From an uncultured Planctomycetales bacterium (lineage in GTDB: Bacteria; 4484-113): a stretch of 64,000 nucleotides of DNA. Shown in pieces: positions 31,613 through 42,457 of the stretch; the first letter of the stretch is position 1, and every line of letters starts with the position of its first letter. Location of the stretch: NCBI GenBank assembly GCA_964554185.1, contig CAZKNJ010000004.1, positions 3,699 to 67,698 on the forward strand. The letters are read 5' to 3'. The position numbers and the translations under genes were made by a program. Below the pieces are notes generated by a model. It did no database searches. It saw only the letters and a list, made by a program, of their open reading frames with translations, and had not been told where the DNA came from.

Positions 31613-32335
31613 ATGCTGTGGAAGAAGTACGCCACTGCGCTTACGGAGGCGCTGAAACTCAAAGACCATATCGTCGGTATAACCTACACCAATGACCACG
31701 TGGAAGGAGCGGATGGTGAGGGGAGCCGTGCCTGCACCGCGTTGATGAAAGCGCACCAGGGCAAGAGCGTTCTGCTGGGCAAGGAGAACTCGCTGTGCGG
31801 CGGGGGCACCTGGCACCTGGGGCTGGGTGATCGTCCCTCCGGCGAGGGTGGCAAGGCGCTGATGGATTTCCTGGTGCACGGCGAGAAGCTCGCCTGCAGC
31901 TACGCCGCCTTTCACCGGATGACCGCGCGGACCAGTCCGCCGCCGAAGAATGTGGCGGACTACATTCTGTTCGCCCCGATGGACGAGATGGAGTTGGAGC
32001 CCGATATCGCGGTGTTGGTGGTGAATGCCGAACAGGCCTGCCGTTTGCTCACACTCTACACCTACTTCACCGGCAAGGCGCCGGTAACCGAGATGATGGG
32101 CTCCGGCTGCCACATGGCGATTGCATACTCCATTAGCACCGGTGAGATGAACGTCAGTTTCTCCGACTGGACGGCGCGCCCCATCATGCAGATGGCAAAG
32201 GACGAGCTGCTGGTCACCGTGCCCTACTACATGCTGCACAACATGGTGGAGGCGATTCCGCGCTGCACTGCTGGCACCGCCGAGGGCAGGCCCTACACCG
32301 AGTTCATGCAGGAGCACCCGGCTGGCTCGGAGTAG
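31613..32335 (+). CDS. DUF169-family protein
   Basis: 240 aa; gestalt of DUF169/COG2043 proteins; RBS GGAGGA upstream. Confidence 0.45.
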   Translation: MLWKKYATALTEALKLKDHIVGITYTNDHVEGADGEGSRACTALMKAHQGKSVLLGKENSLCGGGTWHLGLGDRPSGEGGKALMDFLVHGEKLACSYAAFHRMTARTSPPPKNVADYILFAPMDEMELEPDIAVLVVNAEQACRLLTLYTYFTGKAPVTEMMGSGCHMAIAYSISTGEMNVSFSDWTARPIMQMAKDELLVTVPYYMLHNMVEAIPRCTAGTAEGRPYTEFMQEHPAGSE

Positions 32336-32368
32336 CTAGAACGGGCGGCAGGACGGAGGGCTTACGGG

Positions 32369-32989
32369 CTAGAGTTCTACGCGGATGCCGCCGAGAACTT
32401 CTAGCGTGTCCTTCTTAACATCCACGCGAATGTCCTTGGCGGCGGCCCGGAAAGAGGGATCCACCAGCGTCGCGCCCAGGAGCGTCAGCGTCGCGCTGGA
32501 CTTGTCCCAGGTGACGCCTTCCGCCGAGAAGCGCATGCCCAGTGAATCTATCTGGCCGGTGAGCGTGCCCTTCACCTCAGCGGTGTTCTCCTTAATGGTA
32601 TATTGCAGGTCTTTGGCGAGGATGTAGAGCTTGCGCGTATCCTCCAGGAAGAACTCAATCTCCGCTTCCGGTAGGCTGATGACGCCTTCCTTGCCCACCG
32701 CCTTGCTGCTGGACAGGCGCATCTTCACCTGGCCGTCATCGCTGGAGAGGACGATTTCAGTTTCCTTGACTTCAATGTCGGGCGGGTTAGCCAGCAGCGG
32801 ATTCTTCTCGGCCTGCTGGCGCTCCTGCTCCAGGCGCGCTTCGGCCGGAGTGTAGCTCTCCGGATTAAGCGGGCGTAGATGTGAGCGGGGGGAAACCTTC
32901 GCCACGATGAACGCGATAAGCGCTAGCACGATGAGCGCGAAAAGCGTCCAGGCAATGCCGTACGACGCGCCTTTCCAGATGCCCTTCAT
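32369..32989 (-). CDS. LptC-like periplasmic protein (membrane-anchored OstA-like beta-jellyroll)
   Basis: 206 aa, N-terminal TM anchor then beta-rich domain with LptC-like pattern; weak family assignment. Confidence 0.35.
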   Translation of the reverse strand: MKGIWKGASYGIAWTLFALIVLALIAFIVAKVSPRSHLRPLNPESYTPAEARLEQERQQAEKNPLLANPPDIEVKETEIVLSSDDGQVKMRLSSSKAVGKEGVISLPEAEIEFFLEDTRKLYILAKDLQYTIKENTAEVKGTLTGQIDSLGMRFSAEGVTWDKSSATLTLLGATLVDPSFRAAAKDIRVDVKKDTLEVLGGIRVEL

Positions 32990-33026
32990 ATCGCGCTCAG
33001 TTGGACTCCGGCTTGCCGCTGCGGGT

Positions 33027-34805
<1,779 letters not shown>

Positions 34806-34860
34806 GTAAGAAGCCTGATATTACCACAGGGAAAGCCGCCATGCGCGCGATGGGTTATGA

Positions 34861-35517
34861 TTGCCGGCAGGCGCTATGCCCAAGACAAAAGCATTTGACG
34901 ATTTCGCCGGTGAATACGACCACTGGTTCGTGGCGCACGCCGCCGCCTACGAATCGGAGCTGGAGGCAGTGCGTGTCGCACTGGGTGAGCCCGGGCGCTG
35001 CGTGGAGATTGGTGTCGGTACCGGCCGCTTCGCCGCGCCTCTGGGGATTGAGTTGGGCGTGGAGCCGTCGGCCGCAGCGGCGGAGCTTGCCCGGGCACGC
35101 GGGATCGAGGTAGTTGAGGGCGTGGCCGAGAAGCTTCCCTATGAGGAGGCTACGCTGGACAGCGTGCTGATGGTGACAACCATCTGCTTCGTGGATGACC
35201 CGCAGCTAGCACTAAGCGAGATGCACCGGGTGCTGAAGCCTGGGGGCAAGGCGGTGGTGGGCCTCATTGACGCCGACAGCGCGCTGGGGCACGAGTACCG
35301 CAGCCGGGCGGCACAGAGCCGGTTTTACGCTGTAGCCACGTTCTTCACCGCCGCGCAGGTCGGCGAGCTGCTCACACGCGCGGGTTTCGTCCAGCTTGAG
35401 TGCTGGCAGACGCTGTTTAGCCCGCCGGCGGCGATGGCGCAGCCGGACCCGGTGAAGCCGGGATGCGGCGAAGGCAGCTTTGTCGTAATGCGGGCGTCGA
35501 AGCCGCAAACAGAATGA
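34861..35517 (+). CDS. class I SAM-dependent methyltransferase
   Basis: Motif I VEIGVGTGRF, motif post-I, LKPGGKAVV; 218 aa (alternative start 34876). Confidence 0.65.
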   Translation: MPAGAMPKTKAFDDFAGEYDHWFVAHAAAYESELEAVRVALGEPGRCVEIGVGTGRFAAPLGIELGVEPSAAAAELARARGIEVVEGVAEKLPYEEATLDSVLMVTTICFVDDPQLALSEMHRVLKPGGKAVVGLIDADSALGHEYRSRAAQSRFYAVATFFTAAQVGELLTRAGFVQLECWQTLFSPPAAMAQPDPVKPGCGEGSFVVMRASKPQTE

Positions 35518-35526
35518 GGCTGGCCT

Positions 35527-37047
35527 TTGCCCGCTTGCTGGCGGTGTTCTATAATCCACTGCGTGATTGAGCTTCCCGCTAATCCCCGCGTGCGCTTTGC
35601 GCCCAGCCCCACCGGCGCGCTGCACGTCGGCAACCTCCGCACGGCGCTGTTCAACTTCCTCATCGCCCGCAAATACGGCGGCACCTTCATCCTGCGCCTG
35701 GAGGACACCGACCGCACCCGCAGCCGCCGCATGTTTGAGGAGGAGATTGAGGCCGGGCTGGCTATGCTGGATATGATCTGGGATGAAGGCCCCGGAGTCG
35801 GCGGCGTGCATGCGCCATACTACCAGTCCCGCCGCACGGAGTTCTACACTGAAGCGGTGGAAAGGCTGCTGACCGAAGGCCACGCCTACCGTTGCTTTTG
35901 CAGCATGCAGCGCGTAGGCGAGGTGAAACTGGAACAGCGCAAGGGCGGCAAACCGCCGCGTTACGATCGCGCCTGCTTGTCAATCCCGCCGGAAGAAGCC
36001 GAACGCCGGGCGCTGGCGGGCGAGACCCATGTGGTGCGCTTCCGGCTACCGGACGAGCGCGAAGTGGTCGTGGACGACCTGCTGCACGGGCGCATAACCA
36101 TTGCTCTTTCCGCCCTCGAGGACTTCATCATCCGCAAGAGCAACGGCGATTTCACCTTTGATTTGCCGAACGTGGTGGATGATGCGGATATGCAGATATC
36201 GCTGGTTGTCCGAGGAGAGGAGCATATCACCAACACCGCACGGCATATGCTGCTTCGGCGCGCGCTGGGAGTGGGCGAGATTCCATGCCTGCACCTTCCG
36301 CTCATCCTTGACCGCAACCGGCGTAAGCTCAGCAAGCGCGCCGGCGCGGTGACGCTGCGCGAGTTTGTGCAGTTGGGCGTGCTCCCGCGCGCGATCATCA
36401 ACAGCATCGCCCTGCTGGGCTGGCACCCGAAGGGCGAGCGCGAGATCTACAGCATGCCGGATCTGGTGAAGGCCTTCTCGGTGGAACGGCTTTCCCGCAG
36501 CCCCGCGGTCTTTGACCCCGACCGGCTGGAGTACTTCCACCGCGAGCACCTGAAGCTCACTACCTTCGAGAAAGCGGAAGGCCGTTTTCGCCAGCATCTC
36601 TCCGGCCTGAATCCGGAGGGTGCTGTCGCGGTCGACCGCGAGGCGCTCACCCGACTCATCTTTCAGGAGGTGGTTGACGGCGGGTTGTTCTACTCCAAGG
36701 CCGCCGACCTGTTTTCTTTCATCGATAGCGACTTCGCGCCACCGGCGAGTGGAGAGCTGGCGGAAAGGCGAGAAACGCTTGAGGAGTTCGCCAGATTCTG
36801 GACGCCCATTTTGGCTGAGCAAATCGCCGGCAAGCCGGAAGAAACGCGCGTGCTCCTTAGTGCATTTGTGGAGGAGCACGGTGTCGGCCGCAGGGAACTG
36901 CTGCACCCGCTGCGGCTCGCGCTGACCGGACGCAGCGAAGGCGTGAGCATCTACCTGGTGCTGGCGCTGCTATTCCCCGAGGTAGTGGCGCAGCGCATCA
37001 GGCAAGGACTAGAGGCAAGCGCGACCGCTGCTGCAGGCGCCATTTAG
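35527..37047 (+). CDS. gltX: glutamyl-tRNA synthetase
   Basis: RFAPSPTGALHVGN (HIGH region), KLSKR (KMSKS variant); likely true start GTG 35563. Confidence 0.88.
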   Translation: MPACWRCSIIHCVIELPANPRVRFAPSPTGALHVGNLRTALFNFLIARKYGGTFILRLEDTDRTRSRRMFEEEIEAGLAMLDMIWDEGPGVGGVHAPYYQSRRTEFYTEAVERLLTEGHAYRCFCSMQRVGEVKLEQRKGGKPPRYDRACLSIPPEEAERRALAGETHVVRFRLPDEREVVVDDLLHGRITIALSALEDFIIRKSNGDFTFDLPNVVDDADMQISLVVRGEEHITNTARHMLLRRALGVGEIPCLHLPLILDRNRRKLSKRAGAVTLREFVQLGVLPRAIINSIALLGWHPKGEREIYSMPDLVKAFSVERLSRSPAVFDPDRLEYFHREHLKLTTFEKAEGRFRQHLSGLNPEGAVAVDREALTRLIFQEVVDGGLFYSKAADLFSFIDSDFAPPASGELAERRETLEEFARFWTPILAEQIAGKPEETRVLLSAFVEEHGVGRRELLHPLRLALTGRSEGVSIYLVLALLFPEVVAQRIRQGLEASATAAAGAI

Positions 37048-37148
37048 TGAACTGGTTCACATAATGATGCAGCCCGCGTGGCAATGCGTCCGAAGGCCGC
37101 GAGATACCTCCAGGCTGCTTGGAAACAAGGAATACCATGCACGAGCGG

Positions 37149-37178
37149 TTGGACTTCGTGGTGCCGTTGTGGTATAAT
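37149..37178 (+). promoter_or_regulatory. strong sigma-70 promoter (TTGGAC-18-TGgTATAAT) for gdh
   Basis: gTTGGACttcgtggtgccgttgTGgTATAATgc read directly; ~110-nt leader to RBS GGAGGA/ATG 37290. Confidence 0.55.
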
Positions 37179-37289
37179 GCGGTCGGTTGGTTGTGTTTAG
37201 AGACTACCGGGGCGCTGAGAAGTGGCCTGCGTGGTTGTGAAAGAGATTACTAGCCAACTGCAACATCGATTATTCCGGAGGACGTGAAA

Positions 37290-38540
37290 ATGGCTGAAGA
37301 ACTAAACCCGCGCCTGATGGCGCAGAAGCAGCTTGACGTTGCGGCCGAGCTGCTGGAATTGGACCGCGCCCAGCACAAGCGGCTGCGAGAGCCGCAGGTC
37401 GTCCTGGAAGTGTCGGTGCCGGTGAAGCTCGACGACGGACGGGTGGAGGTGTTCAAGGGCTGGCGCTCGCAGCACAACAACTTCCGCGGCCCCACCAAGG
37501 GCGGCGTGCGCTTTCACCCCGACACCTGCTACGACGAGGTGGTAGCGCTGTCTATGTGGATGACCTGGAAGTGCGCGCTGCTCAACCTGCCGTTCGGCGG
37601 CGGCAAAGGCGGCGTGCGCTGTAATCCTGCGGAGATGAGCATCGGGGAGATGGAGCGGCTTACGCGGCGTTACACTTTCATGATCAGCCCGATAATCGGG
37701 CCCGAGCGCGACATCCCCGCACCTGACGTCTACACCAATTCCCAGACAATGGCGTGGATGATGGACACCTACAGCATTCTGAAGGGCTACACCATTCCCA
37801 GCGTCGTGACCGGCAAGCCGCTGGACCTCGGCGGAAGCCAGGGACGCGTGGAAGCCACCGGACGCGGCTGCGTCATCTGCGTCCGCGAGGCGCTGAAGCA
37901 CCTGGGCATTGATCCGGCGACGACCACCGCAGCGGTTCAGGGCTATGGCAACGTCGGCTCCAACGCAGCGGTTCTGCTGGAGGAAATGGGCGTGAAGGTG
38001 GTGGCCGCGTCGGATGTGTTCGGTGCGATTCACTCCCCCGACGGGTTGGACACTCGCAAGCTCTGCGACCACGTGACCAAAACCGGCTCAGTAGTGAATT
38101 TCCCCGGCTCCTCTCCCATTTCGGCGGATGAGCTAATCGAAATGGAGGTGGATATCCTCGTTCCCGCTGCGTTGGAGAACGTCATCACCTCTAAGAACGT
38201 GGGCAAAATCAAAGCTAAGATTGTGTCCGAGGGCGCCAACGGCCCAACGACGCCAATGGCTGACAAGGTGCTGCACGAGAACGGCGTGTTCGTCGTCCCC
38301 GACATTCTGGCGAATGCGGGCGGCGTCACTGTCTCGTACTTCGAGTGGGTGCAGGACCTGTACCACTTCCAGTGGGATGAGGACCGCGTGAACAAGGAGC
38401 TGGAGAAGATGATGGTGAAGGCGTTCGCCGAAGTGCTGGCCGTCGCCCAGGAGAAGCGGGTGTGCAACCGCACCGCGGCTTACCTGCTGTCGGTTGCCCG
38501 GGTGGCACGTGCCGGCGCCGAACGCGGCATCTTCCCGTAA
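37290..38540 (+). CDS. gdh: glutamate dehydrogenase (small hexameric Glu/Leu/Phe/Val dehydrogenase family)
   Basis: KGGVRFHP..LSMWMTWKCALLNLPFGGGKGG catalytic Lys region; Rossmann GYGNVG; 416 aa. Confidence 0.85.
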   Translation: MAEELNPRLMAQKQLDVAAELLELDRAQHKRLREPQVVLEVSVPVKLDDGRVEVFKGWRSQHNNFRGPTKGGVRFHPDTCYDEVVALSMWMTWKCALLNLPFGGGKGGVRCNPAEMSIGEMERLTRRYTFMISPIIGPERDIPAPDVYTNSQTMAWMMDTYSILKGYTIPSVVTGKPLDLGGSQGRVEATGRGCVICVREALKHLGIDPATTTAAVQGYGNVGSNAAVLLEEMGVKVVAASDVFGAIHSPDGLDTRKLCDHVTKTGSVVNFPGSSPISADELIEMEVDILVPAALENVITSKNVGKIKAKIVSEGANGPTTPMADKVLHENGVFVVPDILANAGGVTVSYFEWVQDLYHFQWDEDRVNKELEKMMVKAFAEVLAVAQEKRVCNRTAAYLLSVARVARAGAERGIFP

Positions 38541-38569
38541 GCTGCTGGACACTGAGGATTACACGCTTT

Positions 38570-38612
38570 GCGCCGCCGGAACGGGATTACCCTCCGGCGG
38601 CGCCTTGCCTTA
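38570..38612 (+). terminator. rho-independent terminator after gdh
   Basis: 10-bp stem gcgccgccgg/ccggcggcgc with 14-nt loop, followed by cTTgccTTa. Confidence 0.45.
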
Positions 38613-38773
38613 AGGACGCTTGACGGAGTTGCACTTACACGATAGACCTGAGACCGTGTCCTATGCTAGACTCACTCGGCACTGGCTGGTTGTGATATTG
38701 TTCACAGGCAGCCAGATTCGCTGGTAAGTTCCCCCTGGGCGCGGCAGTCTCGGCTGCGGCCTGGATATGGCAA

Positions 38774-40996
38774 ATGTCTGAAGGGCGCAAGAACAAAAGG
38801 AAGCCGAATGGCGCTCCCGAAAAGGAACTGGAGAAGATCCACCGGGAGTATGCCGCCGTGTCGTCCATCTTCGAGATGGCGGGCGCGCTCATCATCGTGC
38901 TGGATACGCTGGGGCGGATAGTGCTGTTCAACCGCGCCTGCGAAGAGGTTACGGGATACCCGGCTGAGGAAGTTGAGGGGAAGGCGTTCTTTGACCTATT
39001 CATCCTGCCTGACGAGCTGAAGGGCGTCAAGGCTGTCTTCAAAGACCTGAAGTCGGACAAGTTCCCCAGCAAGTACGAGAACCACTGGCGCACAAAGAAT
39101 GGAGACCGTCGGCTGATCTCCTGGTCCAACACTGTGATGCACAGTGAATCCGGCGAGGTGGAGTTCATCGTCAGCATCGGCCTGGACATCACCGAGCGGA
39201 TGCAGGTGGAAGAGGAGCTTCAGCGCAAGTCCCACGACTTGGGCGAGCGGGTGAAGGAGCTTAACTGCCTGTATGGCATTTCGCGCCTGCGGGAAGACCC
39301 TAAGCTGTCGGTGGCCGAAATGCTGCAGAGGATTGTGGAACTGATACCGCCCGCATGGCACTATCCCGGGATTACCTGCGCCCGCATAAGTGTGAGCGGG
39401 AGCATTTTCACCACTGGTAATTTTGCAGAGACAAGCTGGCGGCAGCACAGCAAGGTTCAGGTTTACGGCGAGGACATCGGCACCGTTGAGGTTTTCTACC
39501 TGGAGGGAATGCCTGAACTGGACGAAGGGCCCTTCCTTGCTGAGGAGAGGAAGCTCATTGATGCCATCGCCGAGCGCATCGGACGCATTATTGAGCACCG
39601 CCAAACTGAAGCGCGTGCGAGGGAATACCAGGACGAGCTGCGCAGCCTGGCCTCGGAAATGGCGCTGGTGGAGGAGCGCGAGCGCCGGCGCATTGCGGTG
39701 GAGCTGCACGACCATGTGGGGCACGCGCTCGCCATCTCCAAGTTCAAGCTAGAGGATCTCCGTTCCACTACGGACGCGGAGGAGCTTGAACAGGCGATTG
39801 AGCTGATTGACGAGACCATCAAAAGCACACGGTCGCTCACATTTGAGCTGAGCCCGCCGGTGCTGCACGAGTTGGGGTTCATTGCCGCGTTGGATTGGCT
39901 CTGCAAGCAGATGCGCGACAAGCACGGGCTGAACGTTGAGTTCCGCGACGACGAAGTTCCCAAGCGGCTGGCCGAAGATACGCGCATGCTGGTTTTTCAG
40001 GCGATGCGCGAGCTGTTGGTGAACGCGGTCAAGCATTCGCGCGCGTCCCAAGTCCTGGTTCAGACCAAGAAGCTGAATGGCGATATCCAGGTTACGGTGG
40101 AGGATAACGGCGTTGGGTTTGACCCGTCGGCGGTGGCGGCAAGACGCGGAAAAGAAGGCGGCTTCGGGTTGTTCAACATGAGCGAGCGCCTGGGCTACTT
40201 GGGCGGACGGCTGGAAGTAGACTCCGCACCCGGCCGGGGCACGATTATTACGCTGATAGCTCCCCTCAAGGCTGACGGCGAATCACAGGCTCCACCTGCG
40301 CCAGCCATCGACCGGACGCGCGGCCTGAGGATCAAAGCCGACCGGCGCATCAAGATTCTACTGGCGGAGGACCACCAGATAACCCGCGAGGGCCTGCGCG
40401 CACTGCTGGAGAGGGAGCCGGACCTCAGTGTGGTCGCTGAGGCGGACAACGGTGCCAAGGCGGTCGAACTGGCGCTGGAGCATGCGCCGGATATAGTGAT
40501 AATGGACATCGCGATGCCAGAGATGAACGGGATCGAGGCCACGAAGCGCATAGTTGCGGAGCTACCTCAGACGAAGGTGGTCGCGCTGTCCATGCACGCG
40601 GACAAACACTACGTACTGGAGATGCTGCGGGCGGGCGCGTCAGGCTATTTGCTTAAGGACTGCGCGCAGGTGGACCTTGCCCGGGCGGTGCGAACGGTGG
40701 ACGCGAACCTGACCTTCCTCAGCCCGGAGATTGCCGACACGGTGGTGGAGGAGTATGCGCGCTACCAGTCGCATCAAGAACAGGCTGTGGCGTCGGTGCT
40801 CACTCCGCGCGAGCGTGAAGTGCTGGCGCTGCTGGCGGAAGGCAGCAACACCAAAGAAATCGGCCTGAAACTGGGCGTGAGCGTCAAGACGGTGGAAACC
40901 CATCGCCAGCACGTAATGGACAAACTCAACTTGCACAGCGTTGCAGAGCTTACGAAGTACGCTATTAAGGAAGGATTGATAGGCATAGAGGACTGA
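38774..40996 (+). CDS. hybrid sensor histidine kinase fused to a complete NarL/FixJ-type response regulator (PAS - GAF-like - HisKA_3 - HATPase_c - REC - LuxR HTH)
   Basis: PAS (LFNRACEEVTGYPAEEVEGKAFFDL), H-box LHDHVGHAL (HisKA_3), G-box GGFGLFNMSERL..GRGTI, REC (KILLAEDHQ...DIVIMDIAMPEMNG), LuxR HTH (LTPREREVLALLAEGSNTKEIG). Confidence 0.8.
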   Translation: MSEGRKNKRKPNGAPEKELEKIHREYAAVSSIFEMAGALIIVLDTLGRIVLFNRACEEVTGYPAEEVEGKAFFDLFILPDELKGVKAVFKDLKSDKFPSKYENHWRTKNGDRRLISWSNTVMHSESGEVEFIVSIGLDITERMQVEEELQRKSHDLGERVKELNCLYGISRLREDPKLSVAEMLQRIVELIPPAWHYPGITCARISVSGSIFTTGNFAETSWRQHSKVQVYGEDIGTVEVFYLEGMPELDEGPFLAEERKLIDAIAERIGRIIEHRQTEARAREYQDELRSLASEMALVEERERRRIAVELHDHVGHALAISKFKLEDLRSTTDAEELEQAIELIDETIKSTRSLTFELSPPVLHELGFIAALDWLCKQMRDKHGLNVEFRDDEVPKRLAEDTRMLVFQAMRELLVNAVKHSRASQVLVQTKKLNGDIQVTVEDNGVGFDPSAVAARRGKEGGFGLFNMSERLGYLGGRLEVDSAPGRGTIITLIAPLKADGESQAPPAPAIDRTRGLRIKADRRIKILLAEDHQITREGLRALLEREPDLSVVAEADNGAKAVELALEHAPDIVIMDIAMPEMNGIEATKRIVAELPQTKVVALSMHADKHYVLEMLRAGASGYLLKDCAQVDLARAVRTVDANLTFLSPEIADTVVEEYARYQSHQEQAVASVLTPREREVLALLAEGSNTKEIGLKLGVSVKTVETHRQHVMDKLNLHSVAELTKYAIKEGLIGIED

Positions 40997-41107
40997 TTGT
41001 CCTCGCGCCGCTGACCACTTCACTACATCTCCATTACAGATGCTTATCAGTCGAATTACTGACAGGTAATCTCCGATTGCTTCTCGGCAGATTGTGAGGA
41101 TAATCAC

Positions 41108-41800
41108 ATGCGGACGGGCGGTGTTGGCCGCCGAATCCCCTGTGTGATGTGTATCGGCATACTTCTGGTTGACGACCACCGGATCTTCCGTGAGGGCTTG
41201 CGCGTCCTGCTGGAGAAGCAGCCGGGAATCCGCGTACTAGCAGAGGCCGAGGACGGCCGGCAGGCGGTGCAGCTTGCGCGTGAACACCATCCGGACGTCG
41301 TCATCATGGACGTTTCCATGCCGCAATGCAACGGCATCGAGGCGACCAAGCTGATAATGGCTGAAGCTCCGGGCACCAAGGTACTGGCGCTTTCCATCCA
41401 CAGCGATGGCAACTTCGTTATCGAGATGCTGCGGGCGGGCGCCGCCGGCTACCTGCTCAAGGACTGCTGCCACCAGGACCTCGCACGTGCCATCCGCACG
41501 GTGGACGCGAACGTCGTCTTTCTTAGCCCGTGTATCGCCCTGACCGCTGCCAAGGAGTACATCCGGCACAACTCCGGACCCAACGGCGACCGCAAGGTCA
41601 ACCTCACCGGCCGCGAAAAAGAGGTTCTACTGCGGCTGGCGGGGGGAAAGACAACCAAGGAAATCGCCCAGGAGTTTGGCGTCAGCGCGAAGACGATTGA
41701 AACCTACCGCTGGCGGCTGCGCCAGAAGCTCAACATGCGCAGCATGGCCGAGCTCACAAAATACGCCATTCGGCAAGGGCTGGTGAGCGTTGATTCGTAG
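41108..41800 (+). CDS. NarL/FixJ-family response regulator (REC + LuxR HTH), paralog of the kinase C-terminus
   Basis: RBS GAGGA 7 nt upstream; REC (ILLVDDHRIF..DVVIMDVSMPQCNG) and HTH (LTGREKEVLLRLAGGKTTKEIA); ~55% identical to residues ~525-740 of the upstream kinase. Confidence 0.8.
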   Translation: MRTGGVGRRIPCVMCIGILLVDDHRIFREGLRVLLEKQPGIRVLAEAEDGRQAVQLAREHHPDVVIMDVSMPQCNGIEATKLIMAEAPGTKVLALSIHSDGNFVIEMLRAGAAGYLLKDCCHQDLARAIRTVDANVVFLSPCIALTAAKEYIRHNSGPNGDRKVNLTGREKEVLLRLAGGKTTKEIAQEFGVSAKTIETYRWRLRQKLNMRSMAELTKYAIRQGLVSVDS

Positions 41801-42075
41801 CGCTGACAACCAGAATTCTGCCCGTGGCTGGAGCAAGTGCTTACGGCCTTCCGGCTCAGGCTATCAGGGATTCCCTGTCGGGAATTATCCAATTGTAAAT
41901 AGGTTGCATCTGCCTTATTCTCCGCTTGTGATGAATTGCACAAACCAAGACGGCAGCGGAGAGCCCAGTACCGGCGCAAGCTGGCGGGCCGAGGATGCTG
42001 TTTTCATGCTTGCGGAGCATGTGTTCTCCGCGACCACGCCGGAGTTTTCCGGCGGATATTAATGGAGGATTCAAC

Positions 42076-42393
42076 ATGTCAACTGTAAGGCCAATCAGCA
42101 CGAAAGAAGTGGTTGTCTCCGCTGAGGAGATTAAAGGTCTTTGCGCGACCTGCAACGCTGCAAGCGATTGCGCCATCCGCAAGGACTGCAACAAACCCAT
42201 CTGGTTCTGCGAGGAGTTTGACGACTACGTGGTCGTCGCCGACCGGACCCCCAAACAGGCTCCTCCGCGCCGTGAAGCGTCGGCGAAGCCCAACGGCGGC
42301 TCGCAGGGCATCTGCAGCAACTGCTCGACCCGCCAGAACTGCAGCTACCGGACGCCGGGCTCGGAAATCTGGTTCTGTGAGGACTACAGCTAG
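42076..42393 (+). CDS. small Cys-rich protein with two tandem C-x2-C-x5-C...WFCE(E/D) motifs
   Basis: ATG 42076 after RBS GGAGGA; 105 aa; repeats GLCATCNAASDCAIRKDCNKPIWFCEEFDDY and GICSNCSTRQNCSYRTPGSEIWFCEDYS. Confidence 0.55.
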   Translation: MSTVRPISTKEVVVSAEEIKGLCATCNAASDCAIRKDCNKPIWFCEEFDDYVVVADRTPKQAPPRREASAKPNGGSQGICSNCSTRQNCSYRTPGSEIWFCEDYS

Positions 42394-42457
42394 GCTTTGC
42401 CCAAAAGGGCAGCCGCGGCTGCTTTGATTCTGCAACCCATCCACTGGTGACAGCGAT

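Noticed and set aside
37048-37075. TGAACtgGTTCA palindrome right after the gltX stop
   Set aside because: Only a 5-bp stem with 2-nt loop and no U-tract; too weak to call a terminator or operator
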